From Batkoa obscura (taxonomy: Eukaryota), in NCBI GenBank assembly GCA_030770535.1, contig JASVEC010000020.1, positions 434,001 through 498,000 on the forward strand: DNA of 64,000 bases, written 5' to 3'. Position 1 is the first letter of the stretch. Each line of letters starts with the position of its first letter. Of the stretch, positions 1 to 11,189 are shown piece after piece. The position numbers and the translations under genes are program-made. The notes beneath the pieces were generated by a model that made no database searches, had not been told where the DNA came from, and saw only the letters and a program-made list of their open reading frames with translations.

Positions 1-88
1 TATTTTTGTATTTAAGAATTTTACTAATAATTTTTCCCCTCATATAGCACTTAAAAGATAAAAAAAGTGATAAAATAAAAACACCCTC
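1..88 (-). mobile_element. MITE copy (family A, ~98 bp), truncated by window start
   Basis: Reverse-orientation match to the MITE consensus (tttaagaattttactaa...tagcacttaaaa...aaaacaccctc) followed by ATAT. Confidence 0.8.
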
Positions 89-490
89 ATATATCGTTTT
101 TTACAGTTATCGAAATTCCAAAATAGTATAAAGTGTGGCCTTGTACCATATATATAGATCCAAATAATTAATTACATCCCTGCAATTATTAATTAGGTTC
201 GTTCCATTAAAAGTCAGTTTTAAGTATTAAAATAATTGATTCGAGCTATAACTTATTTTATAAGTATTATTTTAACTTACTTTACTATTAAGATTAGTTG
301 AAATAATTATACTTACAATAAGCTTTACAAAACATCTTTGCATACAAATAATATAAAATTTAATTTCATCAACAAGCAAAGATAAAAAATCATATAAACT
401 TCAACAATTATTTATTATAATTTTTAATCTAAACCGAAATAGTTAGCTACTATTAATTGTAATACCAATAACAAGTATCAGTTAAAGATT

Positions 491-1276
491 TTAATAATTT
501 TGTTCAATAAAGGACTTGAACATAAATAACTTAGTATAGACCCCTGGGAAATTCTTTTGAGCACATCCATGACCCCATGAAGTAATGCCAACAAGAGTAG
601 TTTTTCCTGCTTCAACTTTGAAGATTGGACCTCCAGAATCACCTTGACAAGCATCTTTAGCTCCTTCTGGATAACCAGCACAGAACATTACTGTATCATT
701 GACTATTTTGTTAACTGATTTATAAGAGTCAACACATTTCTTAGTATCATAAGTAGGCACTTTTAATTCTAGTAAAACATTACTTCCTTTACCACCTGCT
801 GAAGTAGCACCCCAACCAACAGTAACCAATAATTGATTTGTTGATTTAGCAAATGTACCATCATCAATAACAAAAGTATCTTTTTGAGCTAAGCCCCAAG
901 TACCATCAATTTTCCAAATAGCTACATCATTTAAATCAAACTTATTGGCATCATAATCTGGATGAGCTTTACGATCAATCACTTGATATCTCTTACCTTG
1001 TTCTTTATCTTCAGTAAGAGATATATCATGACGATGGAAACTGGCACTCCAATTCTTGGTATCATAAACAGTACAGTGAGCAGCGGTGATGATCAAATTG
1101 TTTTTGTAAGCCATTCCACCACATAAATGACGTTTTAAGAAATCTAAACTTAACATCCATGGATATTTAAATTTAGGTGATACTTCATATCCTCCAATAA
1201 TTCTTGCAGGTGGTAGTACATCGGCTGCTTGAGATAAAGTGACTAATGCTGAGAGAGCTACTAATTTCAAATTCAT
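491..1276 (-). CDS. Secreted trypsin-like serine protease (S1A), copy 1
   Basis: Intronless 261 aa ORF with signal peptide, PPAR/IIGG activation site, TAAHC, NDVAI, and KDACQGDSGGP (S1-pocket Asp indicates trypsin specificity). Confidence 0.97.
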   Translation of the reverse strand: MNLKLVALSALVTLSQAADVLPPARIIGGYEVSPKFKYPWMLSLDFLKRHLCGGMAYKNNLIITAAHCTVYDTKNWSASFHRHDISLTEDKEQGKRYQVIDRKAHPDYDANKFDLNDVAIWKIDGTWGLAQKDTFVIDDGTFAKSTNQLLVTVGWGATSAGGKGSNVLLELKVPTYDTKKCVDSYKSVNKIVNDTVMFCAGYPEGAKDACQGDSGGPIFKVEAGKTTLVGITSWGHGCAQKNFPGVYTKLFMFKSFIEQNY

Positions 1277-1313
1277 AATTGATTTTTTTCATTAATTTTG
1301 AAGCTCTTGCTTT

Positions 1314-1406
1314 GTATTTATACTTTTCAAATGTACTGATTGTATTATTTAATGTTGAAATCACGTTTTTAATTATTCTTAATTCGAGCATTGAGTACAA
1401 TGGTTC
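1314..1406 (-). promoter_or_regulatory. TATA box plus conserved upstream block of the trypsin genes
   Basis: TATAAATA on the minus strand ~40-70 bp upstream of each trypsin ATG, plus a block ttattctt(a/g)attc(g/a)ag...aat(g/t)gttc conserved at ~1373, ~3669 and ~6347. Confidence 0.5.
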
Positions 1407-2756
1407 GCTTTTATTTTGGATTGTCATGAATTGTGAGAATGTGGAAATTAATTTTATGCAAATTACTACAAAATTTAATAATTTTATTATTTACTATATA
1501 TAATATACACATTTATCAAAACTTAGAAATAAAAATAATAGTTCTGTTTAAGATACATATCTCTTCTGAATAAGGATGAATTTTAAGAGACCTATTTTAG
1601 CGTAAAGTTAGATTTATTTACTTTTAAAGTATCTTTACTATAGCCTTTACTATAATACTATTGAGTGTCACCCTACAAATAACAAATAGCTTTTTCTACT
1701 TAAAAGGGTAATCGCTTAATCTTTATATTAATAAATTAATTCTGATAACTAAACTAGTGGCTTATAAGGCAAAACATTGCGTTAGGTACTATTCCTATCA
1801 TTTATATAGAATTCAATCTTTATTTCTATACATCTGTATAAAATTTCAAAAACATAATCAGGTTTATAAAGATTGTTTTTAATTTCAACTACTTTGTAGT
1901 TGCTTTTTTAGTTTTACTTGCCAAATAGTTATAAAAGTTTTTAGAAAGACAGAGCATATATCAAAACCGCCTTGAATTGTTAATTCTTTATGTATCTTTT
2001 TTATAACCTAATTTCATAGAATTCATAAATTGAACCCATAATATTATACTATTTTTTACGTTTTAACAAAATGTAAAAAACTTAATGTGATCATAGTTTT
2101 TTTAAGAATGCTATAAATTTTTTGAATTTTAAACTACCTAAAAATGATCAAAACGAAAATAAGATAGGATTTTAATACAATTTGAATTTAGACAAATTAG
2201 CTGTAATTTACTTTCAAATAGTAAAAGGTTAGCTTTATCCTGTATGAAATTTTTATTTTTTTACAAAAAGTTATTCTTTTATCTCAGAAACTATATGTAT
2301 CCCATTAAGTTGTATTATTTGATTCTTTATGCTCTGTCAGAATATGGGCTCAAGCCTTGTGTTTAAATTTAGAAATTTACTTTATGTCTAGTCATATTAT
2401 TATGTTATGCTTGTATCATTAAAGACACATCTTAAAAAGTAAAATTCCAAGAACTGATTATAGATAATGAGTCTTAATACATATTCTTCGAGAACAACTT
2501 TATTGTTAGGATTAAATTAATTAGGGTTATACAGTCTTACTGGTAAATGCTATTGGCTTATACTAACCTTTTACCTGTATTTTAAAACATATCTATATTT
2601 AAATTAGTAAATTAATTTAGTTAACATAAAACACTTAAAGAAATAGACTGAACAGTTTGATACTTAAAATGATAATTCGTTATTAACTCCAATGTAAACT
2701 GGAATAGATATTATAATACTAATTTTAATATCAATTACAAATATTAACTAAAAAGC

Positions 2757-3542
2757 TTAAAACTTTTGGTCAATAAAAGATTTAAACATAAATAACTTAG
2801 TATAGACCCCTGGGAAATTCTTTTGAGCACATCCATGACCCCATGAAGTAATGCCAACAAGAGTAGTTTTTCCTGCTTCAACTTTGAAGATTGGACCTCC
2901 AGAATCACCTTGACAAGCATCTTTAGCTCCTTCTGGATAACCAGCACAGAACATTACTGTATCATTGACTATTTTGTTAACTGATTTATAAGAGTCAACA
3001 CATTTCTTAGTATCATAAGTAGGCACTTTTAATTCTAGTAAAACATTACTTCCTTTACCACCTGCTGAAGTAGCACCCCAACCAATAGTAACCAATAATT
3101 GATTTGTTGATTTAGCAAATTTGCCATCATCAATAACAAAAGTATCTTTTTGAGCTAAGCCCCAAGTACCATCAATTTTCCAAATAGCTACATCATTTAA
3201 ATCAAACTTATTGGCATCATATTTTGGGTGGGCTTTACGAGCAATTACTTTGTATCTTTTACCTTGTTCTTTATCTTCAGTAAGAGATATATCATGACGA
3301 TGGAAACTGGCACTCCAATTGTTGGTTTCATAGATAGTACAATGAGCAGCAGTGATGATCAAATTGTTTTTGTAAGCCATTCCACCACATAAATGACGTT
3401 TTAAGAAATCTAAACTTAACATCCATGGATATTTAAATTTAGGTGATACTTCATATCCTCCAACAATTCTTGCAGGTGGTAGTACATCGGCTGCTTGAGA
3501 TAAAGTGACTAATGCTGAGAGAGCTATTAATTTCAGATTCAT
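2757..3542 (-). CDS. Secreted trypsin-like serine protease, copy 2
   Basis: 261 aa, IVGG, catalytic triad motifs intact, near-identical to copy 1. Confidence 0.97.
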   Translation of the reverse strand: MNLKLIALSALVTLSQAADVLPPARIVGGYEVSPKFKYPWMLSLDFLKRHLCGGMAYKNNLIITAAHCTIYETNNWSASFHRHDISLTEDKEQGKRYKVIARKAHPKYDANKFDLNDVAIWKIDGTWGLAQKDTFVIDDGKFAKSTNQLLVTIGWGATSAGGKGSNVLLELKVPTYDTKKCVDSYKSVNKIVNDTVMFCAGYPEGAKDACQGDSGGPIFKVEAGKTTLVGITSWGHGCAQKNFPGVYTKLFMFKSFIDQKF

Positions 3543-5455
3543 GTTGATATATATTAATTTATACTAATTTTTCTTAATTTTGTTTAATTAATTTTTGGGT
3601 TCTTCCTCTGTATTTATAGTTTCAGGTGGCTTTTTCTTGTACTACTCAATGTCGAAATCATGCTTTAATTATTCTTAATTCAAGCATTGGGTATAATGGT
3701 TCTCTTTGGGTTCGATTTATCCCTACTTAAAACGGTAACTGCTTAATCCTATATTCTAAGAAATAAATTGAAAGCCAAATTAGTCGGCTATAGTACAATA
3801 CACCCCCTTAATAGTTATACTTGTCATTTATATCAAATCAACCTTTGAATTATTATAGCGGATCAGTGTGCCAATTTTTTAATAATATTCCTTTCTTACC
3901 CAATAGAAATTAATATAAACAATTGCTAATTTTTTAAGTTAATACCTTTAACTATAAGAACTATAAGCAAAAAATTAAAGTATAAACTATAATACCAAAC
4001 ATTAAATATTGTCTTATTACATGATTAAAGTTGATGAAAAGATTGGAAATCTAAATTCATAATTAATATTATTCTTGGCCTAATCCCAATCTTAACTTCA
4101 TTGTTAGCCTTGGTGCGACTCTAGCAGTAATAATAACCCTAGCATTAATACTTGCGTTGGTTTTATATACATTATAGTCTTTTAACATAAGGTTATTTTT
4201 TGATGTACAAGGATAATTGAGTAAATCGTTGACCTTCTGATCTATTGTCAAAAGCAAATTTTATTGTAAAGTATTATTATAAAATTATCAAAGGTTAATT
4301 AGCTCTTGAAGGTTACTTTTGATTATAACTATAAGCTAGTCTAAGGCGTTATGTTTACTTGTAAGTGGCTATAAAATTGCAAAAAAAGAGAGTATAAAAA
4401 ACTAAACTTAGTAGTAAAATTTGATGTACCTTATTCATAGCTTATTTTTATTAAAATCCATGTTTAAATTCATACTATTAACTTTCTTTGTAGCACTTCG
4501 ACAAATGTAAGAAATTGAATGTGAGCAGTGTTTTTATGTTTAAGAGCTTTATTAATAATTTTTAAAGCTTATACTACTTAAAAAGTAGATAAAGTACTAA
4601 AACAAAAAGGGCATTTATATATTATTTAGATCACAGAAGATTGGGCTCTGGCTAACTTTTAATAGCAAAAGGTTTCACTTTAATTTAGTTTAAACCTTCA
4701 TTCAATAGTAATAATAAAATTTATATTTTATAAACCAACTAGGATCCAACAACCAGACTACTGATAGTTTGCGTGTGTCCAGTCTCTTCCACTGTTGGGT
4801 GGCGTTATATAAATTAGAGTTCGAGTCTATGGAATTTAACCTACCTAAGTCGAAGTCAGGTAGGTAAAACTAAATCGACCAATTTTCCGGTTCTCTTTTA
4901 ATTCCTTTCATATCTCGATAAACCCCACTTCACTACTCAATCAGGCTTTCTATACTTTTGCTCATCTTTAGCAATAAATCACTAGGGATTCTAACTCCAA
5001 GATTCAAAAATTAACTGGAATCCCATTTTTAGGACTTAAATTTTAGAATTTTTATTTGTTAAAATCCCAAAAGAGTTTAAAATGGTGACTCAAACCCTGT
5101 GTTTAAATTTAGAAAGTTACTTCATGTCTTACCATCAACTATTGTATTATATTTGCATCATTAAACTCTAATTTTAAAACGAAGAGTAAAATATTTGACT
5201 ATAAACAATCGATCATTTTATAGAACCTTTTCTAATACCAATATTATCAGTTTTAATCCAAACAATTAAGTCTGTATTAAAATATACAAAAACTCATTTT
5301 ATTCTGGTTATATGTGATCAATTTCGTAATGTTACATAAAGATAAAAATTAGATAAATACAATAAATTCTAACAATCATTTAATAATAGTTTTAATTTAA
5401 ACTGCAATAGTTGTTTACTAAATTTGATGCTAATTACAAGTATTAACTAAGAAGT

Positions 5456-6241
5456 TTAAAACTTATCAATAAAAGATTTAAACTTAAACAATTTAACATA
5501 AACCCCTGGGAAATTCTTTTGAGCACATCCATGACCCCATGAAGTAATGCCAACAAGAGTAGTTTTTCCTGCTTCAACTTTGAAGATTGGACCTCCAGAA
5601 TCACCTTGACAAGCATCTTTAGCTCCTTCTGGATAACCAGCACAGAACATTACTGTATCATTGACTATTTTGTTAACTGATTTATAAGAGTCAACACATT
5701 TCTTAGTATCATAAGTAGGCACTTTTAATTCCATTAATAAATTACTTCCTCTTGCGCCTGGTGATGTAGCACCCCAACCAACAGTAACCAATAATTGATT
5801 TGTTGATTGAGCGAATTTTCCATCATCAAAAACAAACGTGTCTTTTTGGCTTAAGCCCCAAGTGCCTTCGACTTTCCAAATAGATACATCATTTAAATCG
5901 AACTTGTTACCATCGTAATTCGGGTGCGATTTACGAGAAATCACTTTGTATCTTTTACCCTGTTCTTTGCCTTCAGTAAGAGATAAATCATGACGATGAA
6001 AGCTAGCACTCCAATTCTTGATTTCATAAATATCACAGTGAGCAGCAGTGATGATCAAATTGTTTTTGTAAGCCATTCCACCACATAAATGACGTTTTAA
6101 GAAATCTAAACTTAACATCCATGGATATTTAAATTTAGGTGATACTTCATATCCTCCAACAATTCTTGCAGGTGGTAGTACATCGGCTGCTTGAGATAAA
6201 GTGACTAATGCTGAGAGAGCTACCAATTTCAAATTCATCAT
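5456..6241 (-). CDS. Secreted trypsin-like serine protease, copy 3
   Basis: IVGG, TAAHC and GDSGGP intact; start at 6241 or 6238. Confidence 0.97.
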   Translation of the reverse strand: MMNLKLVALSALVTLSQAADVLPPARIVGGYEVSPKFKYPWMLSLDFLKRHLCGGMAYKNNLIITAAHCDIYEIKNWSASFHRHDLSLTEGKEQGKRYKVISRKSHPNYDGNKFDLNDVSIWKVEGTWGLSQKDTFVFDDGKFAQSTNQLLVTVGWGATSPGARGSNLLMELKVPTYDTKKCVDSYKSVNKIVNDTVMFCAGYPEGAKDACQGDSGGPIFKVEAGKTTLVGITSWGHGCAQKNFPGVYVKLFKFKSFIDKF

Positions 6242-7859
6242 TAATTTTATTATTTAATTTTTGTTAATTCTTAAGTTCTTGCACCGTATTTATAGTTTTC
6301 AAATCCTATGATTATATTGTTTGATTTCAGGGTCACGTTGTTTTAGTTATTCTTGATTCGAGTACTTAATATAATTGTTCACTTCATTTATCATATTTTT
6401 CTCTTTGCTTAATCTTTTTATTAACAGATTGTAAATTGTTAATTTACCAAAATCATGCGGTGGGAAGTGCTTTTTTACATATAAGTTACCTTATTCCCTA
6501 TATCTATTTTAACATTTAAAAATATATTTTTTAATTGTGTTAGCCAATCAATCAACCTCCCGGTACCCAATTTCCAGTTTTAACAAGGAATCGTTAAGTT
6601 TAAATATATATTTAATAATATTATATTAATAATAAACTAAGTTTATTTATAGTTTATTACTTAAAACAATATAATATAAGAATATTTTGATGAACAAAAA
6701 TAAATATCTGGCGAAGTTTATATCGTTATAGTTATTCGAACAATAAAATTGTTAATTTTAAATATTTAATCTGATTATCATGTTAATAGTTAGCATAAAA
6801 TAAAGTATTAAATGGTAAAACAAAACACTATAATTATTTTTTAAGCATGCTACAATACAGTTACAAATAGAACATTAAAACCTTTGTTCCTATCAAAAGC
6901 TATGATGAATAGCTAAAAAGTTTAGTTATTAAGCGTAGCTTAATAATTTTGCTTCTAAGTATACCTGGATTAACAAAAGCATTATTTGCTTTATGTTCTG
7001 ACATAGTTAAATATTAAAACCTAGAAACAACTTTGATTTGGCTTGATTTGGCTTTTTGGTTAATATTTTGATCTTAATTACACATTACTGTAGTTTCTAT
7101 ATATTTAAATTATGGCTAAAAGTTTGTTATGATTATAAATTATAAAGTACCAGTGTTTTCCAAAAGATTTATAACATAAATTCAAAATTTTGACTTTGAA
7201 TTTACTCTTGATTAACACTCAAATATGATGTTTATAAGAGTAAAAATACAAACTAATATTGACTTTCGTAAGCTAATGTACAAAAAATAGTTATTATATA
7301 TCAATTTATAATGCTTCAATAATCCTAAATGCCATTAAAAGTAGACTTTTTTGCACTAACGTGCCTGTCCCAGACTGTGACTTCATTAAAATTAACAAAG
7401 TCTTAATAAAAAGACATCTTTTGTAGCCACAAATCTAACAATAGCATGCTTTCTAAAAAATCCTTTTTGTATTGTCTCTAAAGCATCAAAACCTTGTACT
7501 TTCTTTATCCGATATATAAAACACCTAGGGCCTTATGATCTCTCAAGGTTTAAAAAGCCCACTAACTATGACTTTAAAACAGTTATTACTACATAATGTT
7601 AACGGAACAATGCTTCCTGCTTAAGCCTTAAAATTAAAATCTTTCTTAGTTAACTATTTTGATTTTTATCAGGTTTAATATGGCTAATAGCTTTGAACTC
7701 AGGGATTTAGGGAAGGATATGATAAAGAAGTACTGAATTATCTTGAAGACAAGAATAAAATCGATCTATTCACAAGCTGTAAAGAATAGAGTTAAGTGCT
7801 AATAACGATAATACGCGAGGATGTATCTCCGGGCCAATGTTACAAAGAAAGGAATGTAT

Positions 7860-7957
7860 GAAGATGCTTTTTTTAGTTTCATTACTTTTTCCATTTTTGG
7901 GTGTTATTTGAGCGGAAAATTTATTAGCAAAATTCTTAAACAAAAAAGTATATCTCT
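7860..7957 (+). mobile_element. MITE family A copy (diverged)
   Basis: gaagatgctttttttagtttcattactttttcc...aaaattcttaaac...tatctct; flanks GTAT/ATAT. Confidence 0.8.
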
Positions 7958-7970
7958 ATATTATTATTAT

Positions 7971-8074
7971 AAATTTATTTTTTTAGCTTCATCTTGATCA
8001 CTTTTTCCGTCTTTTAGGCGCTATTTGAATGGAAAATTTGTTAGTAAAATTCTTAAATACAAAGATACATTCCC
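7971..8074 (+). mobile_element. MITE family A copy (left end degraded)
   Basis: ctttttccgtcttttaggcgctatttgaatggaaaatttgttagtaaaattcttaaatacaaagatacattccc followed by ATAT. Confidence 0.8.
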
Positions 8075-8550
8075 ATATAATAGATATAAAAAGTATGAGA
8101 AACATATCAAATGTTTGGACCATAGAAGATATATAGATTTACTTATTCACCCTTCAGTCTACCCCAATATTACAAAACTGTATATTACTACATTAAGTAG
8201 ATGCTTGAAAAAAGACGATATTTGAAAGACATTTCACTGGTATATCTCGCTTAAAAAACTTTTATTAATGATATGAGAGCTGAAATATATATGCCTATTA
8301 ATAACATTTTTATCGAAGTGTTACAAAAATTAAAATACCTAGAACTCAATCATGTAGATAATTATTTCAGAAAGTCAATAGTATCTACTTTACCATTGGC
8401 TATAAGGGCATTATTAATTGAATATGGGTTTAACAATGAGATATCGTATTTTGGGAAACTATTAAATAAATTTGAAATACTTTACTTCTAAGGCATTTTA
8501 CCCTAGTACTTAATATAGTATCAAATCTAAGAGAGCTGATAGTAAGATAC

Positions 8551-8648
8551 AGGGATGTTTTTTTGGGTTCATTACTTTTTCCATTTTTTAAGCGCTATTT
8601 GAGTGGAAAAATTGTTAGTAAAATTCTTAAACACAAAAATACATCTCC
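8551..8648 (+). mobile_element. MITE family A copy abutting the 2.3-kb transposon
   Basis: agggatgttttttt...acatctcc; flanks ATAC/ATAT. Confidence 0.9.
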
Positions 8649-9964
8649 ATATGGGGTTGTCTGAATTAGTTTCATTATTTTATCCAATTTTTGAAAAATT
8701 TTGTATTTTAAAAACTTCGCTTAAAATTCTATAAAATCACATCTTTTATTAAAACAAAAGTACCCAGACATAGTTCTAAATCATTCTATTATAGCTCATA
8801 CTGTAAGTTAGTTGAATTTCTACTAGATCTTAAATACATGTTCTTATAAAACTTTATTGAGAAATATTTATTATCAACTGCTTTATAACCAACATTGTAG
8901 ATTTGTTATCAAATAAATAAACTATTTTAATGTTATGATTACATTATCAATATATTTCCAAGTTAATAAATAGCTGCATGGGAGGGAGTGATTAGCCCCA
9001 AAACTATAATTAACCATCCCTATATAGTACAAGTAATAATAGTTTTTACATATTATTACAGTTACTTGTTCTTTGACTATTTATTAACTTAGCTATCAAT
9101 AACTTAAGTAATCTTAACATTTAACAATCTATTTCTATCATTCAACAAACTACTTACTTGCTTAGTAAATATCGAAATTTTTAAATTCTCTGTTACCTTC
9201 GTAAGGTAAGCTGGGATCGATCTTTTAATTTTTCTGTTTTCTATAGACTCTATAACTTTAATTGGAACTATATCGCTTTTTTTTTGATGTATCAGATACT
9301 GGATAACAATGTAGTTTATTGTTATGTTTAATAAAGTGTAAATACTTTTTAATGCCCTGCATCTCTATTATTCTTTTTGTATTTTTGTTTCTTTTATACT
9401 TTTTAAATAGAAGCTCTGTAGAGATCAAATTGATTAAACAATCTCCTGCATATGCTGAATCATGATTCAATATTTCAGATAAATAATCAAAGTAAACTTT
9501 GCCTATTGTTTTATCATCTTTTAAATATAATACACCAAAGCCTAATACTGATATAGCTTGTTTATTATAATGATCTAGATTTATTGAATCTGGTCTTGTC
9601 CCTATTTCCATATTTTGTTTAAAATCTAAAATCATTATACAACTTTTTTTATTTAATTTTTTAATAGTTTCATTAAATGTGTTTTTTTGAGTATCAACAC
9701 AGAATTTATGTAATTTGTATAATTTTTCTTCTTCGTTGAAAATTTCTTCTATCTCTGTTTTGTTTTTTGCTGTATTTATTTTATTTTCAAATAACTTTTT
9801 TCTAACTGTATACTGAGCACATATATTACATAGATCCGTTTTTCTTGCTGGATTTTTGAAATTAGTTGGTATATATTTAAAGAATGTTGACCTGGCTACT
9901 GCTTTATCTCTTAGATCATTCAAATATTTACTATATATCATTCTTCTACTTTTATTTAATATAT

Positions 9965-10062
9965 GAGAGTGTTTTTTTTGACTTCATTATTTTTTCCATT
10001 TTCAAACGCTATTTAAACAGAAAAATTGTCAGTAAAATTCTTAAACACAAAAATACATCCCC
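9965..10062 (+). mobile_element. MITE family A copy nested in the transposase
   Basis: gagagtgttttttttgacttc...catcccc; ATAT TSD on both sides. Confidence 0.92.
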
Positions 10063-10253
10063 ATATATATATTATCTGATGAATATTTACTATCATTATT
10101 TTTTTTATTAAATCTTGATGAAATAGTTGAATCATTTAGTAAATATTGTATAATAGTTTCAATTTGGTCATCTTTAATTTTTTTGTATTTTTAATAATAG
10201 GTTGTAATCTTGATATTTTACTACTATTATTACTTATTTTTGAATAATCATAT

Positions 10254-10352
10254 GGGGATGTATTTTCGTGTTTAAGAATTTTACTAACAAATTTTCCGCT
10301 CAAATAGCGCTTAAAAAATGGAAGAAATAATGAAGTTAAAAAAAACACTCCC
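10254..10352 (-). mobile_element. MITE family A copy nested in the transposase
   Basis: ggggatgtattttcg...aaaacactccc; ATAT TSD on both sides. Confidence 0.92.
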
Positions 10353-11189
10353 ATATTGATTTCTATTTATATTAAACTCAAAACTCTTACATTCATCAAA
10401 AGAATATACTGAAGCTGTAGTTGATAATAACGCTACTTGCTGATTTTTATTTCCTATTTCCCTTAAAGCACTAATTTATACATTACTTAAGTTTATTATT
10501 ATCGATAGTAAACTTTGATAATATATCTTTTCTTTGTTTTGTTTTATTATAAAATTCCATAAACCTTGGGTTGTTATAAGTAGCTCTTAAAATTGACGTA
10601 AATGGATTATAATGTTTATATTGTGTACTCCTCCCTATTGTATTAAAATTTTCAAAAATTCCATTTCGAAGTTTAGTTATGAAAGTTTGCATTTTATTTT
10701 TATTTCAACAAAAAATAAAGTCAAATAAGTGTATTTATATAATTATATAATCATATAGTTATATATTATATATTTGTTAAATATCTAACAGAACTAACAC
10801 AAAATATATAGTTAGGAAAATTAGCTATTTAAGAAAAGGAAACAATTAAAATAAGTTTTAAATAAAGAGATTTAATTTTAGGCTTTTTAGATTTAACCGT
10901 TATATTGGACACAAACTTGAAATTTTAAATTTGGATTAATTTCTAAGTAGATTCTGAAACCAATTAGGACAGCCCCATATCTGAAATTAAAAGCATCTAT
11001 TTTATAATACTATAGAGCTGTAACCATTTACACTTTTATTTATAAAAATTTCAATCACTTTTACACCTTAGCCCAGCCTTAAATTTTAAACTTAAAATTT
11101 TATGTGTTTATTAATTAAAAGTTATATGAAATTATTATTTTTACTATTGTTTTATCACCAAGACTTTACTATTTCAACCTTTGGTATAA

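Larger units (their letters stand above)
7690..8547 (+). pseudogene. Decayed F-box/LRR-like paralogue A (appears to resume after 10980)
   Basis: Frameshifted translation FELRDLGKDMIK/EVLNYLEDKNKIDLFTSCKE* matches the 58771 ORF N-terminus; YEKHIKCLD..SVYPNITKLY and LQKLKYLEL fragments; stops and MITE insertions. Confidence 0.7.
9258..10692 (-). pseudogene. Disrupted transposase-like gene
   Basis: RKTDLCNIC...CIMILDFKQNM...AISVLGFGVLY...FDYLSEILNHDS looks like CxxC plus the first RNase H-fold strands; lies inside the TIRs; broken by two MITEs and frameshifts or stops. Confidence 0.7.
8653..10976 (-). mobile_element. Defective TIR DNA transposon (2324 bp), probable autonomous-type partner of MITE family A
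   Basis: Imperfect TIRs ggggttgtctgaattagtttca / tgaaaccaattaggacagcccc (18 of 22 match), ATAT on both sides (8649-8652, 10977-10980), internal transposase-like ORF. Confidence 0.85.

Noticed and set aside
4745..4765. CAACCAGACTAC resembling the RNase P RNA 3' conserved region, and CTGATTGA on the minus strand near 4940 resembling a hammerhead core
   Set aside because: No partner conserved regions or required helices could be found.
478..5643. Repeated 66-67 aa ORFs MLVIQKELKML...
   Set aside because: Alternative-frame shadows of the identical 3' tract of the trypsin genes.
7340..7420. LFCTNVPV resembling a Penelope-type RT motif
   Set aside because: Isolated short match with no supporting motifs.
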